Shown: in pieces, positions 47,301 to 60,676 of the stretch
Layout: every line of letters begins with the position of its first letter
How positions within the stretch are numbered: the first letter of the stretch is position 1
Source: Guillardia theta CCMP2712
Lineage: Eukaryota > Protista > Cryptophyta
Assembly: GCF_000315625.1 (NCBI RefSeq)
Contig: NW_005434622.1
Coordinates: 343,242-407,241 of the forward strand
Reading direction: 5' to 3'
Length of the DNA: 64,000 nucleotides
Made by a program: the position numbers and the translations under genes
The notes under the pieces: generated by a model
What the model saw: only the letters and a program-made list of their open reading frames with translations
The model's database searches: none
Told to the model about the DNA's origin: nothing

Positions 47301-50300
47301 CGCTCGGCAGACTCGTGCACGTCAGTCGTGAGGTGGTGGGACGAGGCCTCGATGTCGAGGGCTGTGCGGACAAGATTGTCACACGGGAGGGATTTCAACA
47401 CTTCCGATCAGTCACCTTGTGCTAGTGAGTCTTGCAAGTCAGTCCGTCGAGACCCGAGCGTCTGGACTTGACTCTCGAGGTGCGCAAGCTCCTCCTTGAG
47501 ACCCTCCCTCCGATGCTCCAGCTCGGACACTTGGTCCTGCAGACTTTGGGCTTCACCTCGCAACTCGTCAAGGTGGGTCGACAAGCTCTCCGACTCTTTC
47601 CTGCTCCATCCGCGAACATGTCAGGAAGCAATGCAAGACCGTGTCATCTCATCACCTGAGCAGAGAGCTCTTGCCTCTCCTGATGCTGATGTTCCTTGCA
47701 AGGGAAACAAATGCATCATTACATCCTCCTACAACACTGTCGAGATCCGTCGCTCGGCCCTCCACTTGCTCTAGAGCTGCTCCCATCAGGCTAGAGAGCT
47801 CCACCAACCTCCTCTCGTGCTGCCCCTTCTGAGCCTCAAGATCCACGAGAACTTCCTCGAGATTCCTCACCATGTCCTGACGCTCCACGACATCATCTTG
47901 CAGAGCAGTTCGCTCCTGCTCAACCTCAGCCAGCTCGCGTCTCGCTCGTTCGAGTTCGTTGAGGGCAGCTTTGAGTTTGCCGTCGTCTTCTTCCTGACTG
48001 CATCGGAGGCGATACCCCTCCTCGATCACTTGTAGCAGCCTCTCTTCATGCATTGCAAGCTCCCCCTTGCACTCCTCCAGTTTCTTCTCCTTGAGCTGCA
48101 GCGCCTGCTCAGTGTCCGCCACTGCCTCGTTCAAGCTGCGCAGCATCCTCTCCCTCGACGTGATCTGCGAGCCGAGCTGCTCCCAGGCCATCTCCTCCTC
48201 CCGTTCCCGTTCAGACAGGAGGCGAGCCTCCTCCTGCGCAGACAGGAAGAGTTGTAGAAGCTCTCTCCCGACCTCCTGCACTTGAAAGCGCTCCTCGTCA
48301 AGAGCAGCAACAAGCTCCTCCAGCTGGCGGATCAGTCCTCCCTTCATCGCCACCACCTGGTGGAGCCGCACCGCGTCCACATCCACCTGCCGCTCGACTT
48401 CGCTGAAGATGGAGAGCAATCCTTGTATGACGTCGCCGCTCTCCTCCTGCTGGACTTGCAACTGTTCGACCATCTTCTTGAGCATCGCGTGCTCCTCGCG
48501 TCTCGCCGAGATCTCTCGGATGAAGATCGCCTGCCGGGCTGTGAAATCTTGCTCCTTGGCTCTCAGCGATTCCTCCCACCGAAGTCTGAGCGCAGCCATC
48601 TCAACGTGCAGAGGAGTCAGCTGAGTGAACAGAAAGTCCATCTGCTCCTCAACTACATTCAGCCCTCCTTCAAAACCAGCCTGAACCTCCTCCAACAGTG
48701 AGATCTGTTGAACAAGGCCTCTTCCAGTCTCTCGCAAGGATTGGACGGAGCTTTCGATCTCCTTGCTTTCATCTCTCTTGGCTCGTAGCTCAAGATGAAG
48801 ACATTCATTCTGCCGCAAGAGCTCTTCATTTTCTCTTTTCATCGCAGACTTGCTGGTCTGCAAGCTCTCAAGATCCTTGTGCAGAGATGCAAGCTGAACA
48901 GTAAGATCTGCCACGTCATCCTTGACGGTCTCGAGCTTGACCTGTTGCTCCTCTACCTTGTTTTGAGCTGCCGCAATCAGTTGCTCTTTGCTTTGGATGT
49001 CAAGTTCCATCCTTTCCTTCTCAATCTGTTTCTGCCTCAAGACATCCAACAACTCCTGTAAGTCGCTCTTCTTCTGGAAATATTCGCTTCTACTGTGAGC
49101 AATACTGTCGTTGAGAACGTTCTTCGCTTGCTTGATCAAAGAAAATTTGTCTGCAATTGCAACAATCTGACGTTCCAGCTCATCAGCAAAAGATTCATAC
49201 TGAGCAAGTGCCCGAGAACAGTCACTCTCCAAGGCAGAGAAATCCAGCAAGACAGACTTCATGTGGGACGTCTCTTGCCCAAGTCTGATGACGTCATTCT
49301 CGAGGGACACCTTGACATGGCTGAAATGAGAGATCCTCTGTATCAGATCCTCTTTTTCCCGCACGAGAACCAACATAGATTGAAGAGTCAAGTTGCAATC
49401 TTCATACAATTGCTCAATATCGAAACCACTGAGCTCAACAACTTGACCTTGTATCTGTCTTGTCAGACTTAGTTCCTTCTCGTTTTCTCGCTGCAATCGG
49501 ACCAAGTCTGATTGCAAGCAATCGACTTCATCTGCAAGTCTGCATTTTACCTCCTTCATCTCCTTGACTTCAGTCTGAAGGTTGACAACCAAACGTTGAG
49601 AAGTGGAAATGACATGCTCGAGATGTTTTTGCACACCCTGACTGTCGTTACGAGCCTTGTCTGCATCTTGATGCAGTTGATGCAGTTCGAACGAGATCGA
49701 TTTCATCGAGCCGTTGAGATCCCGAAACAGAAATGAACATTCATGGACAAACTGCTTGATCTCGTCAACGTGACAACAGATCTCCATCTTGGTAGCAGCA
49801 ACCTCGGGCGGATGCTTGTTCAGTCTCAAGTCCGCAGATGCACTTTCCACCATGGTCCTCAACAAGATCTCCTCCATGACTCTCGAGATCTCCCCCACAT
49901 CAGTCAGCAGAGCATGTGCTTCTCCGATGAAGAAGCGTTCGCCAGCAACCTGCGATGAGGCATCGCACAGGTGGACAATTTCAGCATCTCGCTGCTCCTT
50001 CAACTCGCCTTCATCCGCAGTCGATCCACCTGAACAGGAGTCGACCTTGTGAACATGATCGGCGAAATTTGCCTCAGATCCTTGAGAGTTGATGCGAACC
50101 GTCACGTCCCTAGCACTTGGAGCATTACAATGAGCAACTACGGCAGCATCGTCGGCATCGTGTGATGTCTGACCCCTGCCAGTGATCGAAAATTCGACGT
50201 CATGTGAGTCAGTCTCTGCTCTGCTGGAAACTTCTCGGAGCCGCTCCATGAGGAGGGAAACATCTCCATCGCACTGCCGAAGATCCTTTACAACCTGCCC

Positions 50301-52904
50301 AATGGCAAGCTTGAATCCTGATATGACGTACTGAACGTGTGATCTTGTTTTCTTCCCTGCAAAGTTCTCGATGCTGGGACGCAAGTCATGCAGACCAAGA
50401 GCAAGCTCAACACGGCAAGATTCGATTTCATCTCTCAAACATTGCACTTGATCCAGTGATAGAGGTTGCAGCTGTTGACAGGAAGGTGATCTAGTGCCTG
50501 TTCCTACGCACTGTTCCTCCTGCTTCTCGGTGTGTAGAGATAATGACTTCATCTCGAGTTCATCTTTCTCTAGTTCTTTCATGACAGCTTTCTTCTTCTC
50601 GATCTTAGCTTGCAACTCAACCAATATTTTTGAAGCTCTCTCGTACTGCGATCTCGCAACCTCAGTCTCAGATGCAAATTTCGCCTTCAATTCCTTTGCC
50701 TTCTGACAATCCCTTGTGAGTTGCTCATACTCCTGCGACAGTCTCATCATATCTTGTCTTCTCGTTTCAATCTCTTCATCGTCGCTTCCTGACGAGTGAC
50801 TCGATGGCACAGGTGCATCGGGAACGACGGCCTTGTCTTGCAAGCACTCCAGGGCCCTCAGCCTTTGATCTTTGGCTGCGATGATGGAGCGCAGAAGTTC
50901 GATCTCGTCATCTCTGACATCGGGATTGTACATCACGGGATTCGAGCTCTTATCTTGGTCTGTGGTGCACAACTCGTGAACACCTGGTTCTTCATCATCC
51001 AATTTGACTTTCGCAACCTTTTCCTGCTTCTGCAAGCTCACAAACACTTGCGCGAATGCATTCTCAACATCATCCAGAGACTCAATTCGAATGTCATTAC
51101 AGTGAACGACAAAAATCTCCTCGAGCTTTCGGAAAACCTGCTTCATGCTGTCTTCTTCCCAGCCAGTAGATCGCAAAGGGAGACTGAAAGGCAATTCTGA
51201 ACTATCTTCTTCCAAGCCTGTAGATCGCAAAGGAAGTTTGACAGAACTATTCACAAAATCATTGTTGTTGTAAAACGTGCCAGAAATGAAATTCTCAGAG
51301 CGCTCATTGCACATCGCTTCGAAATCATCCAACGGAGAAATAGATTTAGCTTCTTTCTCTTGCTGTTTCAATGACGAAACCTCACAGTCACGCATTCTCA
51401 AGCTCCTCACGCACTGATCTCTTTCTTCAGCAATGCTATCCAGCTGAGCCTGTAAGGACTCTTTCTTCTTGCGGATTCTCACATCGTCAACTTTGTCTTT
51501 CATCAGTTCCATTTCATTCTGAACGATCGCAAATCTCTTGTCAAGGTTTTCAAGTACAAGTTTGATCCGGGCAACCTGCTCTTCATTCTCCTCTTGCGCA
51601 TCTTCATCAGTCTCTATCAACCCTCGTTCCGCCATTTCGTTGCCCACAATATCATTCTCTACATCATGACTCGTACGATCAGCAGACAACTCGTTTGCTG
51701 CTCTCAACAACATTGTACACTCAGGAGACTTTTGTCCACTTGAAAAAACCATCCAATGTTCGTGGTCTGATTCGTCACATTCACCATCATCACCTCTCCT
51801 GATCTCAGCATAACTTGCCTCCATCGACTCATGTACACCTGCCCTTACATCGCTCATTTCATGCAAACGAGCATTCACTCTCTTGTTCGAGCTTGGGTTG
51901 ATCCCGGGGCTCTCATAGTTCGACCTTGGCTGAATGGGAGTCATTGCGGTTGATGAAAACTTGAGATGCTCGATCTCATTCTGCATCTTGAAGATGAGAG
52001 CTTCAGTCTGCGACAGCTGTTTCGATTTTCTTTTCAGAATACCTTCTAGCTCAGATATTGTTGATGATTTCTTCTCGTTCTCCAACTTGGCCTCGGCAAG
52101 TCGATTTTCCAGCTGCGTAATCTTTCCCTCCATCGCCACAATCGTCCCGTTCTTTTCGTCCAGCATTCTTTGAAGATCAGCAACAGTTTGTTGAGATCTT
52201 CTAAGATTGTTTTCCAAGGCTTCGACGTCCATTCTTTCAAACCTCTCCACTGATTGCTGCCGTTCCTGGCAGTCTATCTCCCGATCATCCAAGATGTCCA
52301 AATGTTTGACAGTATAAATCACGAACGACCTAGTATGCGGTTGCTCCGAAACAGGATTGCCCCTGAGTGACAAATTTGAAAGATTGGGCAGACTTTTGAA
52401 CTTCCTCAGCTCATTCACATCAACGATCTTGTTGTCTGACAAGGCGAAGGTGTGCAGAAGTTTGAGATTCGAGAACTGAGGGATGCTGCAGATCAAGTTC
52501 GAGCTCAGGTCAACCACACGCAAGTGGACAAGCTTTTCCAAGACATCAATCTTCTGGATCTTGTTGTGCGAGAGGATCAGTGACTGCAGATGTGCCGCAT
52601 GCACGACTGCATCGAGCTTCTCGATCACATGGCAAGGCAAAGAGAGCTTCGTCAGTGCTGGCAAGACATGTAGGTTCTCAATGGTTCTGATCTTGTCTCG
52701 TCTCACTCGTCCGTCAATGGAAAGAGTTTCGAGCCTGTAGACATCCCCGGGTCAAACAACACCTTGCCCTGGCAGCGACAACAAACCTGGATGTTCCTCC
52801 AGCAGACTCGCTGTGCCTCGCAAGCAGATCCTGTCCTCAGATATCAGCGACAATCTTGATCGCCATGTTCTGGGATTCACCGTTGTCATGTAGATGACAC
52901 TCAT
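41302..52904 (-). CDS. CNTRL: Centriolin (CEP110)-like protein: N-terminal LRRs + LRRcap, then about 3000 aa largely coiled coil
   Basis: MSVIYMTT/DLL...KIRTIENL... and LRGNPVSEQPHTRSFVIYTVKHLDILDDREIDCQERQQSVERFERMDVEALENNL recall centriolin (NP....PHY.QF.IF.LRSL..L....VT.QDRQEAFERFSLEEVERLERDL). ORFs 47652-52706, 44925-46823, 42606-44441, 41621-42427 are linked by introns. Confidence 0.7.
45803..46303. repeat. Perfect 210-bp tandem repeat (~2.4 copies) inside the centriolin-like CDS
   Basis: Units start at 45803, 46013, 46223 and encode a 70-aa repeat (HRELELGVEHVQGLYRHVRDTAGEML...). Confidence 0.95.
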
Positions 52905-53170
52905 CGTGGATGAGAAGGAGGTCTTCCTGTAGAAACCATCAACAAACGATTCCCCGCCTTTCCCTACTACAGCACTTGCTTTCGTACAACTTCGATCCGA
53001 CTCCTCCCATTCTTTCTCTGCAACGGCGGATCCCTCAAAGGTATCTCGTGCTGCCGATCCCTCGTTCCTTTCCCTCCTGTATCCTGTCTCCCTATCCTGT
53101 CTCCTCCCTACCCCCACCTCAGTTGCTATCCCCCTCCCCTCCTTCCTAATCAGGACATGGCGCCAAATGA

Positions 53171-53260
53171 CAGTTACAACCCCATCAAAGAAACCGTTAC
53201 AAATGACTTCCCTACCAGGCCGTTACAACCTTCGACAAGGTCCCGTTACAACTCCGTTAG
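53171..53260. promoter_or_regulatory. Five C(C/A)GTTA Myb-type sites upstream of the centriolin-like gene
   Basis: CAGTTACAA 53171, CCGTTACAA 53194, 53220, 53243, CCGTTAG 53254; reverse complement is TAAC(G/T)G. Confidence 0.55.
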
Positions 53261-53627
53261 GGAATCGGGCCCGGGCCCGGCATTCGTCTGATGACGGACC
53301 GGCTTTGGACATTTACTCAAAGTTAGACACTCGGAAGAAGCAAGAGGTCTCAGCACTAAAACTCTAATTATTCAGTGGTAGTGGTAGATATTTATAATAT
53401 AATTTTATATTTCGCATACAGCATATCACGGAAAGGGAGTGATTTTGATTCCCCGCCCCCCCCCGCTCGAACGATGTCCGAGATATGAAAAGACTCATTT
53501 TGGGAGAGCTTTCTTTTGCTCCTGGTGCGTCCGAGATTGATCAAATTTATGTGATCAATTCCCGAGATTGCAGTTCGAAGACGGCAACGCAAGATGACAG
53601 ATCTTCCAAGTGAGGCACTAAGATAAA

Positions 53628-53970
53628 TGGGGTGAGGCCTGGAATACGCCCTCCGCTCCCCTCGTGCCCCTCAGGCCTCACTCCCCGGAGGAGCTTACAA
53701 AACTCCTTTTTTACGACTCGTGGAAGTACAAATGAGACCTGCTGGGGTGGGTGGAATACCACCGGTGTCTGAGACTTGTGTCTGACCAGTTCACATGGTG
53801 GGTATTGGAACACGGAATGCCTTGAGGGGGTAGGGTAGTACAACATGGGGGGCAATGTATTACCGGTGTTGAAGAAGGAGGAGATATCGGAATGGTCAAA
53901 AGGTGGGTAAATTAAAGAGGAATATAGGGGTGGGGTACATCAAGGACTTGGATATTTGGGGGTAGGGTAC
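53628..53970 (-). repeat. Oriented GGGT/ACCC motif array upstream of the centriolin-like gene
   Basis: GGGGTGGGT, GGTGGGT, GGGGGTAGGGT, GGTGGGT, GGGGTGGGGT, GGGGGTAGGGT; doublets end at 53803, 53836, 53908, 53936, 53968. Confidence 0.7.
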
Positions 53971-54124
53971 TGAATGGGATACTTGTAACTTGCTTGTGCA
54001 GGAGTGGCTAGCTCTCAGAACACGTCCTCGGTCGACACGATACTCTTGAATACAGCATACGGCATACCGTTCTGCATCCCCACCTTTTCTGAAAGATCCC
54101 TCCAAGACCCTTCACCACTCTCAG

Positions 54125-54830
54125 ACACTCCGTTGCGTTATAAGCATTGTTGAAGATTGACATCGATCCAACAAGACTGCATTGGAACTCCAGTAACTGT
54201 GCAGCGATATTCTTGGCATGCAAGAACGCGAGTTGCATCTGATTACGATGATCAGTTTACTGAAAAACAGCTTAGATACCCGTACTAACGAAATGGCTAA
54301 ATCGAGCATGGAGCGATGCCATTCGATGTACAGGCTGAAAGAAAACAACAGTTTCAATGACATACCACAGTTCAGCAGGAGTTCCTCTGTTCCACTGTTT
54401 CATTCACGGTTGGTGCATCGTGCTGAAAAAAGAGCAGCCATGGAGAAAGGCATTGACCGAAAAGGAAACTTCGTTGATAACGGAGGCTATTCAAAAGTTC
54501 TCCTTGCCAGGTCAAACCCAATGGAAAGTTCAATTGACGTCCATGGAAACTTTGTTCTCAGACCCTACATATCGTGAGCATTGCATTGATATGGCATTCA
54601 TCATGGGAGATTTGTCCGTTGTAAAGTACAATAATTAATAAACCTTGCATATGTACAATGCCGAAGTCACAAGCTGCGGTTTGTTTGCTGTCGTGATTAC
54701 ACTGACAGCTTTCGTACACATCCGCGACATGCTCGGGTCCACGAAACATCGTGCCAGGAGAAACTGTCATTTCCCAACCAGAACGAAATTTTCACGCCAT
54801 CTTGCAGCACACTGATTAGTTGGTTTTTTG
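54125..54830 (-). pseudogene. Degenerate AT-richer coding remnant, possibly a CxC5-like domain of a KDZ-type transposase
   Basis: Broken frames read KAVSVITTANKPQLVTSALYICKG and AAQLLEFQCSLVGSMSIFNNAYNA, with in-frame stops. Family call is by resemblance only. Confidence 0.3.
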
Positions 54831-54944
54831 AAACTCGGATGAGATGATGCCAAAATAACTTAACATTGATACGTAAAATGTTTCAAGACCGTACGGTCAT
54901 GATGAGCCTGTCGGTGAAAGCACGGTAAGTCGTAGCAAGGCTAC

Positions 54945-55700
54945 CTTCCGGCGTGCCCGGCCACGGTGATGGTGCCACGCGCTGAGACTCGCTAGTACGG
55001 TAGGCTTCACACCGGCGGCCTCAGTGACTCTCGGGGCCGGGAGCCGCCATCAGCTGCCGCCGCTGAGTACCAGGTACAGTACCGTCCGTCACGGCCGCCC
55101 GGCGGCCGTGACGGGTCGCGCCCGGCCGGCGCGGGCGCCGGCAGGCTTCAAGTCGATCCTGGCAGCCTGTGACTCACCGTACAGTGGCGCCGCAGTCACG
55201 CGGCGGCCTGCGGCACTGCAACAGTGACGGCCGCCGGGGTGCCAACGTGGCACCGACCGTTCACGGTTTGCCGGCCAGTCGCGCCGCGGCCGGTGGCAAG
55301 GCCGCAGTGCACCCGGGCCTGTCCTCGAGTCGTACCGTAGTACTGATCTTTCACTGAACTTAACTAAACTCAGTGCACTGGTACTCTGCACTGACTCCGA
55401 AGTTTTACTCACCGTGAGCCGGGCACTGCACTCCGAGGCTCCGACTCACTGAGTCCGGCGCCGTCGCCGCGTGAACTTAACCTGGTCCGACTGCCAGGCT
55501 GGGCCCCCGCCGCCCGGCCGGCGCCGCCCGGGCCCGGCAGCCGGGCGGGCCGCCGGCCCGGTCCGAGACCGTACTCGTCCGTCACGGGGGCCCCGTCGGG
55601 TCGTCACTGCCAGGCCCGGGCCGGTCCACCGGCCCTGACGGTGCCCGAGTCACTCGGAGCCGGCCGCGCCGCGGCCCGGCTCGGAAGTTGAACCGTTTCA
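54945..55700. other. GC-rich, palindrome-dense island upstream of CASC3
   Basis: GTCACGGCCGCCCGGCGGCCGTGAC (near-perfect palindrome ~55088-55112), CAGTGCACTG, GGGCCCGG and similar. Confidence 0.75.
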
Positions 55701-55811
55701 AGTTGCAGTGCCGCCGCAATTCAATGATTCGCGGCGGTTACTAACAGCGGTTGCACTCGACAGTTACAAAGTGGTTTTTTTTTTCTTTTGGCGGGACGGC
55801 GGCGAGGAAGC

Positions 55812-58258
55812 ATGGCGAACGACGATCCGGCAAAGGGCATGCGGAGAGCTCGAAGGTAGGGAGATCAGGCCCCTCCTGTCCGTCCTCGTTGGACATGATC
55901 TCTCTTCCATGCCGTCTACTAGTGCTCTGTTTGCTGTTGATGATGTGTGAGAGTGCTCGCTCTCCGACTTGCCCATGCCTCTGCCTCGTTGTGACCTATC
56001 CTTCTGTGGGAGCTGCTGCGCATCACATTTCTGCTCGCTCATGACACATGTCCTTCTTTGAATAACTTTGATAACTGTCATGGAATGTGCAAAGTTCCGA
56101 CAAGATGTTTGTTTATGCTTGATGGAGGTTTATGTAGACAACTGTAGATCTACTAGTAGCAGAGAAACCAAGGAAAGAAGCTTTAGGAATCTAAGATCTA
56201 TTATACAGGTCAGCTGATGACGAAGAAGAACAAAGTGACAACGAACAGGTGAGTTTCTCGATCTTAGAAGTCGCTTGTTCTGACGATGCTTGCGTGTAAT
56301 CTGCAGGAAGAAGTCGAGGTCTATGACAGTGGTGAGTCTCTGAGAGCGTTGTGGGATGCATCATCGCCTAATGATGTTAGGTGAAGAAGCAGAAGAATGC
56401 AATGAGGAAGAAGACGGTGGCGAATATGATGAGGGTGAGCCCATTGTCTTGTACGTTGTGCCTCCCTCATTGCAAGTAGATGGCGATGGCGGTGAAGGAG
56501 AAGAAGAAGGAGAAGAGGGTGATTATGAAGGAGTAGAGGACGAAGAAGAGGAGGGAGACGAAGAAGAGGAGGGAGATGAGGACAAAGAAGACGAAGACGA
56601 AGACTCCGAGCAACATGAAAAGGTATTCCACTTGTCGCCTTTCGTGGTGTTCCCTTATATATATCTGATGATTTTCTCTAGCGGGACGACGGCAAAAGGC
56701 TCGAACCATTTGAAGTTCCTAAATCAGGCCGATTTTTCCTCCATGACGATCGTACCGAGGGCAGTCCAGCCGAAGATCCTCGTGAAGAAACCAGGCCACG
56801 CAAAAAGTTGTGGTCCGAGAACGAGGGGAAATGGGGCCATGATAAATTCGAACAACTCGTCCAGGTAAGCCAGCCCTCGTACATTTACACAAATTTATCT
56901 AATTGTACGGTCTTTCTCTCATCCTGTCTTGATTGGAACCTTTCTTGACAGGAGGAAGAGGCAGAAAGCAGGAGAAGTGTTGCCAGAAGGGGTAGAGGCG
57001 GACGTGGTGGGCGTGGTGGAGAACGGATGATGCCCAGGCCGGAACCGCAGCCTAGAGAGCAACCTATCCTTGGTCGAGGCGGTCGAGGGAACAAAGCAGG
57101 AGGAGCTGTTGGCATGCCGGGGGGACGAGGAACAGCTCCGAGGACCTTGAGTAAAGCGCCCGAGAACGGATCCCCTCGCATGGGAAGGGGCCGCGGTCGT
57201 GAAATGAACGAACCAATTCGTGGTAACGCCATGGGTAGAGGTGGAGAGATGGGCCGACCGCGCGAGAGAGGAGTTCCGCAGAAGCATGTCGCCGCTCGAC
57301 CGCAGCCATCTCAACACGATGACGATGACGAGGACGATGACCCCAACGATCCCTTCCCTGCGCTCACTGCCAAGGCAGGAGGTGCCAGGAGAGGTCGCGG
57401 TGGACACCAGACTGTCACTGTAGATCTTCGTGGATCCGGACGCGGTGGTGTCAAACCCATGCAAGGTCGACCAGACATGCGACGAGTCGAGGAGGACGAC
57501 TATTACAATGCTGTTGTGCCGGATCGTAATGTCAACAGGCCAAGTGGCCGTCGTGCTCGTGGAAACGAGCAAGTGATGATGGCGCAACAGCAACACAATG
57601 CCAACATGAATGCAATGTCACCTTCCCTTGCTATGGCACCTCAGTTCACTCCGAATGCAATCGGTGGCAATATGAGCATGAACCAGCAACAACAGATGCA
57701 GCAGATGCAACCAGGAGCTCCGCAGCAGCAGCAATGGGCCCCCGAGTACGCACAGCAATGGCCTCAACAGTTTCAATCTCCCGGTATCTCAATGTCTTTC
57801 CTGTTGTCCTTTCCTAAGTCTCCTGTTAGGTGCCCAGCCGCAGTATTACATGGTGATGCAGGGTACCGACGGGCAAGCACAGGGAGCATACTTCTTTCCT
57901 GCACCCGCACAGCCTACTGCAGTGCCAATAACGCAATTTCAGTATCAGCAGACTGTACAGCAGACTGTAAGCTCCTTGTCTGTATCTCGTGAAGTTTTGC
58001 TTATCTCACTCCTGCAGCTTCCCCCTCAAATGGCGAACCAATTGGCTGGCTCCTTACCAACAGGGGCGATGCCCTTCACCCCCTCTGTTGTGGCACCGCA
58101 GCCCAACGTGGGTGCAAAGCCGTCGTCCAGAAGATACACTCAGATGACTTTCGGCAACCAGGTAAGTCATGCTGCCATGCCGCCCACGTGTGGAACTGAC
58201 GTGTCGGTGTCAGCAGATCATTGCGGCCAACGACGCCGGAGCGCCAGAGGGGCACTAG
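55812..58258 (+). CDS. CASC3: Exon junction complex subunit CASC3/Barentsz (Btz domain)
   Basis: Acidic micro-exons, then EPFEVPKSGRFFLHDDRTEG...RKKLWSENEGKWGHDKFEQ (Btz/SELOR motif), an RGG region, a P/Q-rich tail and terminal RRYTQMTFG. Confidence 0.85.
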
Positions 58259-58850
58259 AGCAGACTCTTTCAGAAAGTTACACATGGAAGCCTGGAGGGA
58301 ACATGGGCTTCCTTCGAGTATGAGCTGATGATCATAACTAGAGGGTCACGATGCCCCTTGAAGATGAAATTCGTGAGAACGTAACGATGGGAGGCGGCAG
58401 GGCGTTTCGTGCCCTTGTACTCTCTCTTTCTTGCCCACAAGCTACTGGTGTAGGCAGAACCTGATCGATTCAATGGTGAATCTTTAAGAGGTTGAAATTT
58501 TGTCGAGCGAGTCCCGGCAGTGATATGAAGAATGCTTCAGAAAGGTTGGCCCTTTTGGCCTCAAAGAAAATCCAGCAATAAACCCTTTCTTACTCTGCTG
58601 TGATTTATAGACAATGACTCCGTTCTGACATAAGACATTGACATCGTACCGACACTCGTCCAAACTCACATGAAGGTTTCTGGGCAGATTGTGTGAAATT
58701 CAGCGTGTTCACCCCACAAGTGAGCAGGACTGATAACCACCTCACGGATTAATGCGACTATCGCTATTCAGTCCGTTGGACTATGCTGAGGGCGAATCTC
58801 TTCACGACATGTTGGTTTAATAACTCAGTTAGTTCACTATCCTCCAGCTC

Positions 58851-60066
58851 TCACAGGAGATCAGCCGCTCGAGCCGGGACGAGCCGGGAGAGGGTGAGGA
58901 GCTTGCTGATGGCGTTAAGTGGGCCCATGTCGCCGTCGGGGAGGGGATTCGACGTGGGTACGTCGAGGAACTTGAACGCCTCCTTGAGGTCTGCCGGTCC
59001 AGCAGCGACAGGAGCGTCGAGATGTGCCGGGATGATCTTCCTGAACCTCCACTGGCAGATGCGCTGGATCCAGTCCCTGGTCTCGTCCGGCGTCCGCTCA
59101 TAGATGAAAGTTCTCACCACCGGGCTGACGAAGAGCTTCCCTGCTATCACGTCGAAGGAGGGGACGTAGGGGGGACCGAGGAAGCAGGACATGAGAGCTG
59201 ACTTCTTCCACTTGTTCTCCTCCTCCCGGTAGGCCTTCAAGACCTCGGGGGCCTCGGGGGGGATGAAGATGACCGCGTCAGTGACGAAGAGCGTCGACGA
59301 CTTCTTGTGGAAGAAGGCGACCTCGCTGGTCTTCCCGATGCCAACCTCAGCATACACCACCTTCTGCTCGATCTCCTTCGACCAGGGAACGTTGGGGTCC
59401 ATGTCTTGCAGCACACCCTCCACCTGGCCAACGTAAGGAACAAGAGGTAAGGGCTCGCTAGCACACCTTGAACCCGAGGGGAAGGTCGATGGGCCAGCTC
59501 CACTGCCCGGGGGCGACGTAGGCCTTGGCGTTGGGGAAGTAGCTCATGAAGGGCTTCATGAAGATCTTGTGCTCGAGGCCCGTGGTGGGGAGGATGACGT
59601 ACTTCACCTCTCCCAGCTTCTTCACCATGGCTACACATTCCTCAGTCGGGGCTACGGGGGCATGCACCCAGAGCCCTCCGTCGTTGAGCCTGACTACAGT
59701 CATCCTGATGTTGACAGAAACGTTGGCAAAGCCGTGCTCCTGCTCGAAGGTGTAGATGTTGTCATCCACCTTCTTCGCTATTGTCTTCCTCTCAGTGTTG
59801 TATGGCTTGAGGGGAAAGGGGTTAAGATAAAACTTCGACTTGGGGGTATCTAGAGCAAACTCTTCTCGCTGCAAAGTTCGACTTCCAGAAGGTCTGTTCG
59901 CTTCCATGCTATTACGGGATCCGATCCTCTGCATGGAGAGCTTCAAGACACTCACTGCCCGCTCTCGCACAGTGGAAAAGATCGATGCACGGGGATCGGT
60001 GTAGGTGAGGAAAGAAGTAGCAGGAGAGATCATTAAAACCAGCGACAAGGCCAATGCGAGCTTCAT
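58851..60066 (-). CDS. DUF4336 family (metallo-beta-lactamase-like) protein, plastid-targeted
   Basis: Signal peptide MKLALALSLVLMISPATS followed by F (secondary red plastid bipartite leader); RMTVVRLNDGGLWVHAPVAPT, VKYVILPTTGLEHK, EVAFFHKKSSTLFVTD, IIPAH. One short intron near 59425-59465. Confidence 0.8.
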
Positions 60067-60304
60067 CGTGCTGAGGTATATCTATAATCAAGAAAACAGT
60101 TAGTCATACGTAGTACATCAAGATCGAAAGCAAAACAAATCCCCCAAACACGCACATCCTCCCTTTCTCTCACATGTTCAACTTTCTCGCACATCTACGT
60201 CACTCTGAAAATGCTTCATGCATGCCCTCCTCCTCCTCCTCCCCTCTGTTTCATCGTGCGCCTTGCATCTCTTCTACGCCATCATCACGTCTGAACGTAT
60301 CGGG

Positions 60305-60575
60305 ATCGGGGTGCTTTATGAGTACGAGGGGGGTGGTCAGTGTCAATCTTTCCACCCAACGTTTGCATGTCAAAAAGGGGGTAGTCTACTAAGAGATCCG
60401 AAGGGGGTGGTCCTTCTCGAGCTCTAGGAGGCAAACGAATTCGTCTATGCGTGTTAGAGTCATAGGGTGGGTAGAGGCTTGTATGGGACTGGGGTGGGTA
60501 CGAAAAAGAGACTTAGGGAGATCGGTAGGGTGGGGTAGTCGCTTTACCCTTCGGCCTAGGTTTTGGGGGTGGTGC
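60305..60575 (-). repeat. Oriented GGGT/ACCC motif array upstream of the DUF4336 gene
   Basis: GGGTGGGT, GGGGTGGGT, GGTAGGGTGGGGT, GGGGGTGGT ending 60472, 60499, 60536, 60570. Confidence 0.7.
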
Positions 60576-60676
60576 TCCAAAAAAAGGAAATCAAAATGAC
60601 ATAAGTGGATTTTGAAAATTTCATCAACAATTTCAACTCAACAGCGTTCATCAATGCTGGTCGTTTGAAATTTGAA

